A stretch of 64,000 nucleotides of DNA, taken from positions 933 through 64,932 of IMG/VR virus record IMGVR_UViG_3300028854_000020, one strand, 5' to 3'. Positions within the stretch are counted from its first letter, which is position 1; each line of letters opens with the position of its first letter. Origin of the DNA: a virus (taxonomy: Duplodnaviria; Caudoviricetes). Positions 32,211 through 42,369 of the stretch are shown here, one piece after another. Both the position numbers and the translations under genes were made by a program. Under the pieces are notes generated by a model. It saw only the letters and a list, made by a program, of their open reading frames with translations. It was not told the DNA's origin and did no database searches.

Positions 32211-32720
32211 ATGAAAACTTCTAAACAAGAACAACTCGAATCAGTGAATAGAAATGGATATAATATTGTAAATATTAAAAACCCAAGCGAAGATGTTCAA
32301 CTGGCTGCTGTTCAACAAGATGCTCGTGCCATTTGTTACATCAAAAATCCAAGCGAAGCCATGCAATTGGCGGCTGTTAATCAAAATGGTTATGCCATTG
32401 AATATATCAAGAAACCAAGCGAAGCTGTGCAATTGGCTGCGGTTAATCAAGATGGTTATGCCATTAAATATATCAAAAACCCAAGCGAAGATGTTCAATT
32501 GGCTGCGGTTAATCAAAATGGTCATGCCATTCGACGTATCAATAATCCAAGCGAAGATGTGCAATTGGCTGCGGTTAATGAAAATGGTAATGTCATTCGA
32601 CGTATCAATAATCCAAGCGAAGATGTGCAATTGGCTGCGGTTAATCAAAATGGTCATGCCATTGAATATATCAAAAACCCAACAATTTCTGTTCAAATGT
32701 TGGCCAAATTATTGTCTTGA
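32211..32720 (+). CDS. 22-aa repeat protein (DUF4116-like), 7 repeats
   Basis: 66-bp tandem repeats; GGAG RBS; ends VQMLAKLLS with TGA inside TTGACA. Confidence 0.82.
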   Translation: MKTSKQEQLESVNRNGYNIVNIKNPSEDVQLAAVQQDARAICYIKNPSEAMQLAAVNQNGYAIEYIKKPSEAVQLAAVNQDGYAIKYIKNPSEDVQLAAVNQNGHAIRRINNPSEDVQLAAVNENGNVIRRINNPSEDVQLAAVNQNGHAIEYIKNPTISVQMLAKLLS

Positions 32721-32770
32721 CAAATGAACCAAAGTTTGATATACTAATCTTGTAGTAGAAATAGGATATT

Positions 32771-33121
32771 ATGAAAAACATTTCGATTCAAGTATTGGAA
32801 TTTTTAAAATTGTCATATCACAATAAATGGCTTTGTGATAACAAGATGGCAGTGTATGTGCGAAAAGGTCATCATATTGGATCAGATAATAAAATGCATT
32901 TATTTTTTGATATAGCTTCGGTTGAGGTTAAAGAAAAATTTCAGAAACAAGGAATATTTAAAAATTTTCTTTTGGAATGTCAAAAAATACAATTATATGA
33001 TGGTATTTTTATTGAAAATGTTTTAAATGAACATTTGAAGAAATATTTACAGAGACTTGCCAACGAAGATTCTAGATGGACTGAAAAAGACTCCTGTTTT
33101 ATTTGGGAAATATATACTTGA
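32771..33121 (+). CDS. GNAT-like protein
   Basis: DIASVEVKEKFQKQGIF acetyl-CoA-binding-like motif. Confidence 0.6.
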   Translation: MKNISIQVLEFLKLSYHNKWLCDNKMAVYVRKGHHIGSDNKMHLFFDIASVEVKEKFQKQGIFKNFLLECQKIQLYDGIFIENVLNEHLKKYLQRLANEDSRWTEKDSCFIWEIYT

Positions 33122-33400
33122 CAAATGAATCAAAGTTTGGTATACTATATTTGTGATTAAAAGAAAGGAACAAAATGAGAATTTGGAGTTGTAATCCTAA
33201 AACTGGAAATTTTCCGCCACTGCGAATTGCTTGGAATTTATTTTGGGCAATCCCTGCGTATTTTTCAATGTTTGTTTTTATTTTCTTTTGTTTTATGCAA
33301 GGTGGTCCCACTCGTGCCGAAGATGCGTGGGATAGATTGAAGTAATATTGTTGACAAATGAATCAAAGTTTGGTATACTATATTTGTGATTAAAAGAAAG
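33118..33400 (+). repeat. two identical ~50-bp promoter copies flanking a 56-aa membrane ORF (33175-33345)
   Basis: TTGACAAATGAATCAAAGTTTGGTATACTATATTTGTGATTAAAAGAAAG at 33118 and 33351. Confidence 0.85.
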
Positions 33401-33624
33401 AAAATATGAAGAGAACACCAGATTCAGAACTTAAAGAGGAACTTCGTATTGCTCTTTGTGATGCACAAGATCATTTTAGTAAATGCTCAAATGATCTTGA
33501 TAGAGACGAAGCAAATTATGAATTTTTGAAAGCATTATATACTCGATTTAATCGAATTAAACCATCAACTGAGCCTCAATAAGCTCCACAACAGTTGGCA
33601 AAACCAACGAAAGGAATTATTTTT

Positions 33625-34044
33625 ATGCATATTGATCCAAGAACATTTTCATTTGCTGGCACTAGTATGGACTCCGATGGAGTTTATAAGGCTCGTTTTG
33701 CCAACAAGCTAGACACTCGGCCAAAGGTTATGGAAAAGCTATTTGGTTATACCAATGTTGTTTTTGTTCCGCTTCCAAATCCGATGTCAAAGCTAGATGC
33801 TATTGCATATCTACTTGAAACTAAGCCAGAGGGTGTTAATGTTGATGCTCTGTGTGCCAAGGCTATCTATATTAATACACAGATTGGCAAGATTGATGGC
33901 ACTATTCCGAAGCGTCTCCGTGGTCGCCCTCGTAAGAATCCATTGGTTATTACTTCGCCAGTGGTTGCACCAAATAGTATTGTAAATACTATTGTCAATG
34001 CGGTTCGTGAGGATACAAATCATAAGACATTGACTTCAAATTAA
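33625..34044 (+). CDS. hypothetical protein with AT-hook
   Basis: KRLRGRPRK motif. Confidence 0.65.
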   Translation: MHIDPRTFSFAGTSMDSDGVYKARFANKLDTRPKVMEKLFGYTNVVFVPLPNPMSKLDAIAYLLETKPEGVNVDALCAKAIYINTQIGKIDGTIPKRLRGRPRKNPLVITSPVVAPNSIVNTIVNAVREDTNHKTLTSN

Positions 34045-34080
34045 GTTGACAGTCGGATAAATAAGTGGTATACTTGTTTT

Positions 34081-34513
34081 ATAAGTGAGTATTAATACCA
34101 AAATGTTTAATAAATGAACTGGAGGGTATTTGTATGTAGCGAATAATAATCAAATAAAGGAACATCTGATAATAAATACCAAAAAGTAATATAAGTAAAT
34201 TTATGATATGAAATACCAATACCAAAAAGTAGTAAATTTAGAAGAGTGTTGTAAGTAATACCCTGACCTTGTATAAGCAAGGCAGTAAATCCTAAGATAT
34301 GACTGATAATAAAGCTATCTTAGAGTAAATGTAATAAAATAATTTAGTATACGAATACCAAAAAGTAGTAAATTTGTAGTAAAAATTTAATGATTATAAA
34401 TACCAAAAAGTAGTAAATTTAATGTAATGTAATAAACAATTTATATCAATACCAAAAAGTAATAGGAAATGCGCCGGAGGCTTAAATTTAAAGGCCATAG
34501 ATGGCGCATTTCC
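34081..34513 (+). ncRNA. candidate repeat-containing ncRNA (alternatively an origin with iterons)
   Basis: Promoter TTGACA 34046 / TATACT 34069; AATACCAAAAAGTA at 34175, 34218, 34354, 34399, 34448; closing hairpin GGAAATGCGCC/GGCGCATTTCC. Confidence 0.55.
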
Positions 34514-34536
34514 ATTTCAAAGAAAAGAGAAATAAA

Positions 34537-34869
34537 ATGGCAACGGATATTACAATAACAACAAAAGCAATTATCGATCAGATTGATAAATTTCCAACGC
34601 TCGATGATTGGTGGACTGCGTGTATTCTTACACCGGAAATTAAGGTGTTTTTACCACAACTTTTTGCATTATTATTGCTTGAAAGTGCTATTTTTTATAT
34701 TCATGATTGGTTAGCCGCCATTTTATGTTTCATGATTATCATATCTAAAATATATAATTTTATTGCATCGCTTGCAATAAAATTGACACAGGGATATTTG
34801 CTTCTACAGATTCGCGATTCATATAATAAAGGAATAAAAGATAGCGAATCACTACAAAATAAAATTTAA
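34537..34869 (+). CDS. membrane protein
   Basis: Two hydrophobic segments. Confidence 0.6.
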   Translation: MATDITITTKAIIDQIDKFPTLDDWWTACILTPEIKVFLPQLFALLLLESAIFYIHDWLAAILCFMIIISKIYNFIASLAIKLTQGYLLLQIRDSYNKGIKDSESLQNKI

Positions 34870-34879
34870 AAGGAATAAT

Positions 34880-35176
34880 ATGATTAGCTCTAAATTACAC
34901 ACTATTCAGCAACATGAAGAACTTATTGGAAGTCGTTTCCAAATTGCACATCTTGTAATGCTCAGAACAAAACAATTAATGAATGGCGCACCAATCAGCA
35001 AAGGTATGCCAGAAGAATTTACATGTCAAAAATATGCTGATATTCCGAATCACAGATATCCAAAAGTTGCATTGGAAGAATTGCGCCTCGGCAAGTTAAA
35101 ATGGAAACGTGGTAATGCTCCTGAACCGGCTGCAATTCCATTAATTGAAGTAAATCCTGTTGTTTTTGGAAGTTAA
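34880..35176 (+). CDS. rpoZ: RNA polymerase omega subunit-like protein
   Basis: SRFQIAHLVMLRTKQLMNGA and PKVALEELRLGKL match the two conserved omega blocks. Confidence 0.7.
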   Translation: MISSKLHTIQQHEELIGSRFQIAHLVMLRTKQLMNGAPISKGMPEEFTCQKYADIPNHRYPKVALEELRLGKLKWKRGNAPEPAAIPLIEVNPVVFGS

Positions 35177-35198
35177 AATATTTTAAGTGAGGTTATAA

Positions 35199-35870
35199 AT
35201 GATTTTTTGGGGTGATCCACATGGAAATCTCGATCTTCTTCGTCGAAAGATGAAAGAGCAACATACCAAATTTCCAAATGATACACAAATTTCAGTAGGT
35301 GATAACGGGTTTGGATTCCCCAAATCTCAGAGTATTGTTTTTCCAGATTATTTTAAGATGATTCGTGGAAATCATGATTCACCAGAAGTTTGTCGTGCTC
35401 ACCCAAATTATCTTGGAGACTACGGAACAAAAGAAATTGATGGTTATAAAGTATTCTTTGTTTCGGGTGGGTGGTCAATCGATAGGCAATTTCGCAAAGA
35501 AGGGGTAAGCTGGTGGCCAGATGAAGAATTATCCATTGCAGAATTGAATATTGCTATGGAAGAATATCTTGATGTTAAACCTGACGTAATGTTAAGTCAT
35601 GACGGGCCTACTCCAGCAACACATTATATTCTTAATCGTTATGCTCTTCAAAATAATAATTATTATAGCGAAAGCAGCGTGACACCAACTAGAACCGGTC
35701 AAGCACTTTCAGCTATGTTTAGAGAATATCAACCAAAAATGTGGATTTTTGGTCATTGGCATTGTAATTTTGACAAAATAATCAATGGAACAAGATTTAT
35801 ATGTATTCCAGAACTAGAATCGATTAGGGTTGAAGATATTCTACCACTTGACAAAGATATCAAAATTTGA
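35199..35870 (+). CDS. calcineurin-like metallophosphoesterase
   Basis: GDPHG, VGD, RGNHD, SHDGP, FGHWH. Confidence 0.9.
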   Translation: MIFWGDPHGNLDLLRRKMKEQHTKFPNDTQISVGDNGFGFPKSQSIVFPDYFKMIRGNHDSPEVCRAHPNYLGDYGTKEIDGYKVFFVSGGWSIDRQFRKEGVSWWPDEELSIAELNIAMEEYLDVKPDVMLSHDGPTPATHYILNRYALQNNNYYSESSVTPTRTGQALSAMFREYQPKMWIFGHWHCNFDKIINGTRFICIPELESIRVEDILPLDKDIKI

Positions 35871-36061
35871 TATACTATATATAGTAAAAGAAAGGACTAT
35901 ATGTTAACATTGATTCTGATTCTTTTGGTTGCCGTGTATTTTTCACAAAAACGAAAAAATGCAATAACAGAAGATGAAAAACGCGCATGTAGTAGATTAG
36001 TTGTTTTCATGTGGGTTTTCTTGATTTTAATTTTGTTTCATGGTTGTTAAGAAAGGTAATT

Positions 36062-37969
36062 ATGTCCAGATCAAGGCGTAGACAAAAGAAAGATGTTTTC
36101 AGTGTCGTTGCTGCGGTTAAGAGCAATGCTAGGGATCGTATTGGAACTCCAAAGGCATCTTTTGTGATTACACCAAAGAATCAACGGTCTCCCCGTTACA
36201 AAGAAAAATTTACGGAAATTGATGATGAAATTAATACGGAGAAAGAATAATGGATTTAGTAGAATGTTCGGATTGTAAACATATTTGGATCATACAAAAA
36301 GTTATACCATATAGTTATTATCAAAAAAAAGGCCATACTGTTTGTCCAAAATGTTTAAAATTTAATTTACGAGTTAAGTATACTCATATTGACGACAATG
36401 CGTATTTATATTTGCGCAAACTTCCAATAGTTACTTTTATTAAATCAAATTTTTGGTGCGATGATCATATCATAAAATATCCAAAAGATACATTATTAAA
36501 ATTGTTAAATAAAAACAAATTTCTTTTTAAAAGAAATGAATCATCGAGTTATTGTGTTTATTATTATGATACTAATAATAATTTTGTGTTGATTAATTAT
36601 TCTAGAAAAAATAAAATGTCACATGCTTATCTTGGTTTTAAAAATAACAATGATCCGTTAATTAAGAAAATTATTGATGCTATCAAAGAAGATAAGCGAA
36701 TCAAGAAAGAGTTTGTTCCGCCAACAAAACCAATAATTGAATCGATAAAGGATGCAATTGGATATGATGTAACAGTTGGTGATTGGGTTGCACACTGGTC
36801 CACAAAATCACTTGGTTTTGGAAAAGTAAAAAGTATTGAATCATTTTCGATTTATGGAAGAGAAGATATTGGAATAAAAGTTCAACGATATAAACAAACA
36901 TCACAAATTAAAACATCGGATCAATTTGTTTTGATATCTCCAGAAAAAAGCATGCTTTTGGAATTGGAAAGGTAAATGGCACTTAACATAAAACCTAAAT
37001 CAATGAATGATGCAATCGGCGGAACGGTTATTATTGGTGATTGGGTTGCATTTTCAACAGGAATTCATGGTAAACTTTCCATTGGTAAAATTAATAAATT
37101 TAACGATTGTTCAATGATTGTTTATCGTCGCAAAGGTAAGGCATTACGTAAACAATCAACCCAAGTAATCAAAATAACAGATGAACAAGTAATGCTTCAT
37201 ATGTTCACGGAGAATTAAAAATATGACACAACATGTGCTGGCGCAGTGCCCAAATAGACATATAATACCATTATCGTTTAATGGAAGTATTAATAAATCT
37301 TATTGGAATAAGATTGTTCCTGCCATCGGAGAAACATTATCATGTCATGAGTGCAAAACTACAAACAACTATAATTATAATTTTTATGCTATAGCACAAT
37401 ATGATGCGAGACTTTCAATTAATAAATTTGTAGTTGAAACATTTGGCAGAGTATCATATTTTAATAAAGACCAACTTTTGAAAATGAACAAAGATTCCGT
37501 TCGCAAAATATTAACAGATCATAATTTTGTTTATGATGAAAAATCAAATATTTGTGATAAAACTATGGTTTTTTCATCTCCAGAAGGTTATAAAGCTGTA
37601 TTTATTGTAAAATCTGGATGTAAAACACAACAAATGTTTTTGTTAGTTCCAGCAAAACATGAACTAATTAAAAAAATTGATAGTGCAAATAAGAACGATA
37701 AAAGACAATTTAAGATTGAGGCTCCTCCAAAGATTATTTGTCCAACTGTTATTAAAGATTGTCTTGGAACTGAATTGTTTGTTGGTGATTGGGTTGCATA
37801 TTCTTCGATGTCTTATACTGCATTGAGATTTGGAAAAATTACTAAAATTAATCCAAAATCTGTAACATTAAAAGACAGTAAAGGCGGAAGAAAAATTCCG
37901 GGTAAAGATGTATCACAGATTATTAAAATTCCAGATGAAAGGGCGATGCTTTTGATGTTGGAAAGTTGA
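36062..37969 (+). CDS. four genes: 36062-36250 (basic) and 36250-36975, 36976-37218, 37223-37969 (C-terminal KOW-like domain plus shared C-terminal motif)
   Basis: D.IG....VGDWVA...L.FGK domain; ends MLLELER, MLHMFTEN, MLLMLES. Confidence 0.7.
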
Positions 37970-38130
37970 TTTGTCCTTGACTTCCTTCATAAATAAATGT
38001 ATACTAAGAATGTGTACAACTATAAAGGGGATCATGACAATGACTGGAAAGTTGATTTGTCCTTGACTTCCTTCATAAATAAATGTATACTAAGAATGTG
38101 TACAACTATAAAGGGGATCAAGACAATGAC
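37959..38130 (+). repeat. 86-bp tandem duplication of promoter plus RBS
   Basis: Units at 37959 and 38045 differ at one base. Confidence 0.9.
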
Positions 38131-38407
38131 AAAATGGTTTGATGATGTGATCGCTGAAAAGATACACAGTGCTAATAATCATGTAATTTTGATTCCTGCA
38201 CAAAACCCAAACGCTCCTCTAGATACAGTGGATGTTTATGATGGCGTAACTGGAAAAGTTCTTGTTACTGATGTTCCAGAATCATCTGCCCAAGATTTTG
38301 CAATTATTTGGAATTCTTTTATTGATGATTCGGAAAATAATGAAACTGCCAAGAAAATAAATTTGGCATGGTTAACTGACAGTGTTGGAAACAGAAAGAG
38401 ATATTAA
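38126..38407 (+). CDS. hypothetical protein
   Basis: ATG follows the AAGGGG RBS of the second repeat unit. Confidence 0.6.
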   Translation: MTKWFDDVIAEKIHSANNHVILIPAQNPNAPLDTVDVYDGVTGKVLVTDVPESSAQDFAIIWNSFIDDSENNETAKKINLAWLTDSVGNRKRY

Positions 38408-38579
38408 TGAAAAAGATTGATAATTTTGACACCTGTATTGCTGCATTAGATTTTATCGATAGTTTAGCAAAGAAGAATAAAAAATACAAAGGATTACTAA
38501 ATAACACGTCAAATAATGATTTTAGTAAGGTTGTTTGGCAGGTTACTTACGATACAGAGTGGTTAAAAGATTAAATGCT

Positions 38580-38930
38580 CAGAAGTCGAAAGACTTTAAT
38601 AATAGTGAGAGGAGACTAACTTTATATGTATTCGGACGCGGATTGCGATATTCCGCCGGTTCCACCAAAATATGATTTAATGTTAGACACGAAACGTCTA
38701 TACGGGACCGACCAGTTTCGACGGGTATATTATAGGGAAACGTTACTATTCATGATGTGGTTCTCGCTTCATGTAAAACAGAGAGCACCATTTATAATTG
38801 CTGCTAACCGCATCAATGGCGTTAATGAAATTGCAACCTACAATGTAGTGCGCAATCAAGTTAACGTGCCAGTTCTAGCGTAATTGCAGAACTCCGGGGA
38901 ATGGCCCACCCTGTAAAATAACGGGCCATA
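38580..38930 (+). ncRNA. ssrA: circularly permuted (two-piece) tmRNA
   Basis: Acceptor piece ends GGACGCGG..CCGCCGGTTCCACCA (38667), upstream of the coding piece starting GGGACCGACCAGTTTCGACGGG (38704); G3-U70 pair; tag frame 38800-38883 after ATAATT. Confidence 0.88.
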
Positions 38931-39000
38931 TAAATTTAGAAAGAAGTTATAATGTTAAATATAAAATATAATTCGCTAAAATTGAAAAACTTTTAAATTT

Positions 39001-39705
39001 ATGAATATAGAAATAATTGAACCAAATTTAAACATTGTTTTTAATGGTTATAAAAATATTATAGCAATGGATATGGTTAACATACAACCACTAATGAAAC
39101 CTTTTTCTATATCATCACCAAAAAAGCATTGGGAAATAAAGAAATCCGGTCATCGATGGATTTTGGAAAGATGGACAGATTATAATTTTTTCACTCTATC
39201 TAGTCCAACACATCTTCACGAATGGTTTGATACCGAGGAAGAAGCTATTCAAGTAATGATGTTGGAAAAATTTGAAGAATAGGAAAAGATATAATGAAAA
39301 ATTATAGAATTCAATTTCGTGGAATTGGTCCTTTATGGACATATGAAAAACCATGGGCAGTTATTGAATATAGTGCAGAACATCTTCCATCAGCAAAAAT
39401 ATTTGCTACAGAAAAAGAAGCAAATGAACATTTAATGTTAAAGATGTTGGAGCAATAAAATGATGCCAAGTGATATGTGGGAATTCTTTTATGAATATGT
39501 AGAAGATTGTAATAATATTATAAAATATGGTGATATAAGAAAACTCCCTCGAAAATTTGATTGGAAACATCTATGTTGGTATAATGATAGATGGGAAGTA
39601 ACAGAAGGTGTTCTTCATACAAGAGCAGAAGGAAACAAATATTATATCTTTGATACCGAAGAACAGGCAAATGAATTTATAATGTTAAAGATGTTGGAAC
39701 AGTAA
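39001..39705 (+). CDS. three related small genes: 39001-39282, 39293-39457 (not in the track), 39460-39705
   Basis: All end F(D/A)TE.EA....ML..(F/L)E(E/Q). Confidence 0.7.
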
Positions 39706-39728
39706 AATTTATAATAAGAAAGATTAAA

Positions 39729-40289
39729 ATGAAAATACAGTTTTTAGATTGTGAAATGTTATGTTGGGATAATATTGAGCCACCACAAGGACAAATCAAA
39801 CATATTATTCAAATAGGAATAGTTGAAGTAAATTCAGAAGACCTAAAAATATCCAGAAGTAAAAGTTATTACATTCGACCAAAAAATAAAGATTTTGAAT
39901 GTAGTGATTATTGCTCAAATTTAACAGGTATTACTCGCTCTAAGATTTTAGATGAAGGAAGATATTTTCCTGATGCAATGAATACAATAAAGAAAGAGTT
40001 TGGTCCTTCTTCAAAAATAACATATGCTTGGGGTAGTGATTACGAACCAATAGCAACTCATTGCTCAGACTATGATTGTAGTAACCCATGGGTAACATCA
40101 GGTATTTTAGATTTTGGAATAATTTTTCGTTCTGCATATAATTATAAACATAAAATGCCACTTATTGATGCATTAAAATCAGTTGGTATTCAATTTGAAG
40201 GACGGCAACATGATGCAGAATGGGATGCAAGAAATTTAGCATTACTACATAATAAAATGATGATGACAATTCGTAAATCTATGCTATAA
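39729..40289 (+). CDS. DEDDh 3'-5' exonuclease
   Basis: LDCEM, IIQIG, LTGIT, AWGSD, FEGRQHDAEWDARN. Confidence 0.88.
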   Translation: MKIQFLDCEMLCWDNIEPPQGQIKHIIQIGIVEVNSEDLKISRSKSYYIRPKNKDFECSDYCSNLTGITRSKILDEGRYFPDAMNTIKKEFGPSSKITYAWGSDYEPIATHCSDYDCSNPWVTSGILDFGIIFRSAYNYKHKMPLIDALKSVGIQFEGRQHDAEWDARNLALLHNKMMMTIRKSML

Positions 40290-40296
40290 TAGACAA

Positions 40297-40860
40297 ATGG
40301 ATATTAATGAACTATTAATGGTAATTAAAGATATTACACCTTCTGCAATTGAAGAGTTTAATGATGTTCGTTTACCGTGTTTATTTAATTTTTGGGGAAG
40401 ATCATTAATAGAAGAGTTAGAAAACGAAGATCAAAAAACAGTTGAAATTACAAAGGCATATTCACGAGGAATCAATAATTCGTTTTTTAGACGTATTGCT
40501 GATAAGTTACCTGATTATAGTGAACACACAACAAATGGTGCAGATTATAAATATCATGATTTGTTAATTGAAGATAAAAATTCCTTTTCACATAAATCTG
40601 GTCATTGGATTGGAAATGGATTTGTAAAATGTGGAACATATTTACTTAAAAAATTTGAAGTTGACGAAACTGGTAGAATAGTAGCAGCTTTTGTTGCATT
40701 AATTATTGATCCAGATAGTGTTTGGACAGAAAGAACATTAAAAACAAATAGGTCTGTGATAGAATTTAAAATATCAGATCAACATAAGATGAATATTATT
40801 TATGGTTCTATAAAAATAAATAAAAAAAATATAAAACCAATTTTATATAAGGTGAGTTAA
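40297..40860 (+). CDS. hypothetical protein, possible PD-(D/E)xK nuclease
   Basis: GADYKYHDLLIEDKNS pattern; stop overlaps the MTase start. Confidence 0.45.
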   Translation: MDINELLMVIKDITPSAIEEFNDVRLPCLFNFWGRSLIEELENEDQKTVEITKAYSRGINNSFFRRIADKLPDYSEHTTNGADYKYHDLLIEDKNSFSHKSGHWIGNGFVKCGTYLLKKFEVDETGRIVAAFVALIIDPDSVWTERTLKTNRSVIEFKISDQHKMNIIYGSIKINKKNIKPILYKVS

Positions 40861-41741
40861 TGGCTGATCGTAAATTATCAGATATTTTTGTGGTTCCTCC
40901 AATTTCTGTATTGGACATTCGTCAAAAATATTGGAAAGATCGTAGGAAATTTTGGTTGTCGCTTGGAATACAAAGTGAATTAGGAAGAAATGAAAATTTA
41001 CTAAGTTTGTCACCATTGTTACAAATAAAACAAAAAGCAACTTCTATTTTTGACCCAGTTTTATGTGAAATAATATATAAATGGTTTTCAGGTAAAGATG
41101 ACATTGTTTTTGATCCTTTTGCTGGTGGTTCAGTTCGCGGTATTGTAGCGAGTATATTGGATAGAAATTACATTGGTATTGATTTACGAAAAGAACAAAT
41201 AGAACATAATAATTTACAAGCAAATAATCTTTGTTTAAATCATATTCCTACTTGGTTATATGGTTCTTCTATAGATATCAGTGTTGAACAAAAATATGAT
41301 TTATTTTTTACTTGTCCACCGTATTATGATTTGGAAAAATATAGCAATGATGATAAAGATTTATCAAATATGTCAGTTGAAAATTTTGAATTTACATATG
41401 AAAATATTTTAGAAAAAAGTTTAGATAAATTGGAAAATGATAGATTCGCCGCAATTGTTGTTGGTGATGTAAGAGATGAAAATGGAAATTATAGAAAATT
41501 CCCTCAAAAGACAATAAATATTTTTGAAAAATATGGATGTAAATATTATAATGATTTAATATTGTTACAGGAACCAGCAACAGCCGCAATGAGAAGTTTC
41601 AATTATATGAATTCTTCAAGAAAAATTGCCAAGGCACATCAAAATGTATTAGTATTTATTAAAGGGGATGCGAAAAAAGCAACAGAAAGATTAGAAGTAT
41701 TTCAAGATAGTAATTCGCAATATGAAAATTTTTTTATTTAG
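40860..41741 (+). CDS. DNA amino-methyltransferase (N4-C/N6-A)
   Basis: SIFDPVLCE, DPFAGGSVRG, GIDL, TCPPYYDLE. Confidence 0.85.
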   Translation: MADRKLSDIFVVPPISVLDIRQKYWKDRRKFWLSLGIQSELGRNENLLSLSPLLQIKQKATSIFDPVLCEIIYKWFSGKDDIVFDPFAGGSVRGIVASILDRNYIGIDLRKEQIEHNNLQANNLCLNHIPTWLYGSSIDISVEQKYDLFFTCPPYYDLEKYSNDDKDLSNMSVENFEFTYENILEKSLDKLENDRFAAIVVGDVRDENGNYRKFPQKTINIFEKYGCKYYNDLILLQEPATAAMRSFNYMNSSRKIAKAHQNVLVFIKGDAKKATERLEVFQDSNSQYENFFI

Positions 41742-41957
41742 GAGAAATATGAATACTTATAAAGTAACATTTGACCGTATCGATTCATCAAGCGGTGATC
41801 AATTAGTAAAAACTATTACAGCAGATAAATATAAATTTGAATCTGATCACAATGCATATATATTTTATATTAACGATATGAAATTTGCGGAAGTAATATA
41901 TGAACATATTTTATTAATTGAAGTAATTGAAGAATAAATAGCACAAGTATAAAGATT

Positions 41958-42300
41958 CTGTGATGGAGAAATAGTCCACTAGTAGAGAAAACAGTTCATA
42001 GAAATGGTTATGAAATATTTACTGGGAAAGTAGTCTCACTGATTGGTGCAACATGCGTCCGATAGCAATGTTTCGGAAGTCAGCAAAATTGATGAGTGGC
42101 AGAGGGAAATCTCATCTCACAGATAAATCTATTAATGGCGGAATAGTAATCCACCCGGAATAAAATAATTTATTGAAATGACAATAAATAAATAAGGGGA
42201 ATGTAGACGCATAGGTAGCTGGTCCCACGCGATTATCAATAGCAATGGTTTGATTAGCCTAAAAATTGTTACGTGACAGAGGGAAATCGTAACTTCATAG
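41958..42300 (+). ncRNA. tandem pair of homologous structured RNAs (41958-42122 and 42129-42300)
   Basis: Same order of stems; covarying stem GATGAG/CTCATC versus GTTACG/CGTAAC around conserved loop TGRCAGAGGGAAAT; AATAAATA upstream, terminator downstream. Confidence 0.75.
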
Positions 42301-42304
42301 TATG

Positions 42305-42334
42305 AAAAGGCAGGAGTTAATCTCTTGCCTTTTT
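42305..42334 (+). terminator. intrinsic terminator overlapping the probable nadA promoter
   Basis: AAAAGGCAGGAG-TTAAT-CTCTTGCCTTTTT; TATACT follows at 42348. Confidence 0.8.
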
Positions 42335-42369
42335 GTGTATATTTTGTTATACTTGAAATAGAGGTTTAT

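Noticed and set aside
34094-34461. CRISPR array
   Set aside because: Repeat is only 14-22 nt and non-palindromic, spacing is irregular, linkers are low-complexity, and no cas genes are in the window
37997-38125. N-terminal extension of ORF 37997-38407
   Set aside because: It reads through duplicated promoter DNA; the RBS-supported start is 38126
38626-38883. 85-aa protein-coding ORF
   Set aside because: It spans the tmRNA acceptor piece and spacer; only the last 27 codons are meaningful, as the tag frame
41958-42300. NAD+-I (nadA motif) tandem riboswitch
   Set aside because: Position upstream of nadA is suggestive, but the units are much larger than that aptamer and lack the consensus I recall; nadA appears to have its own promoter after the terminator
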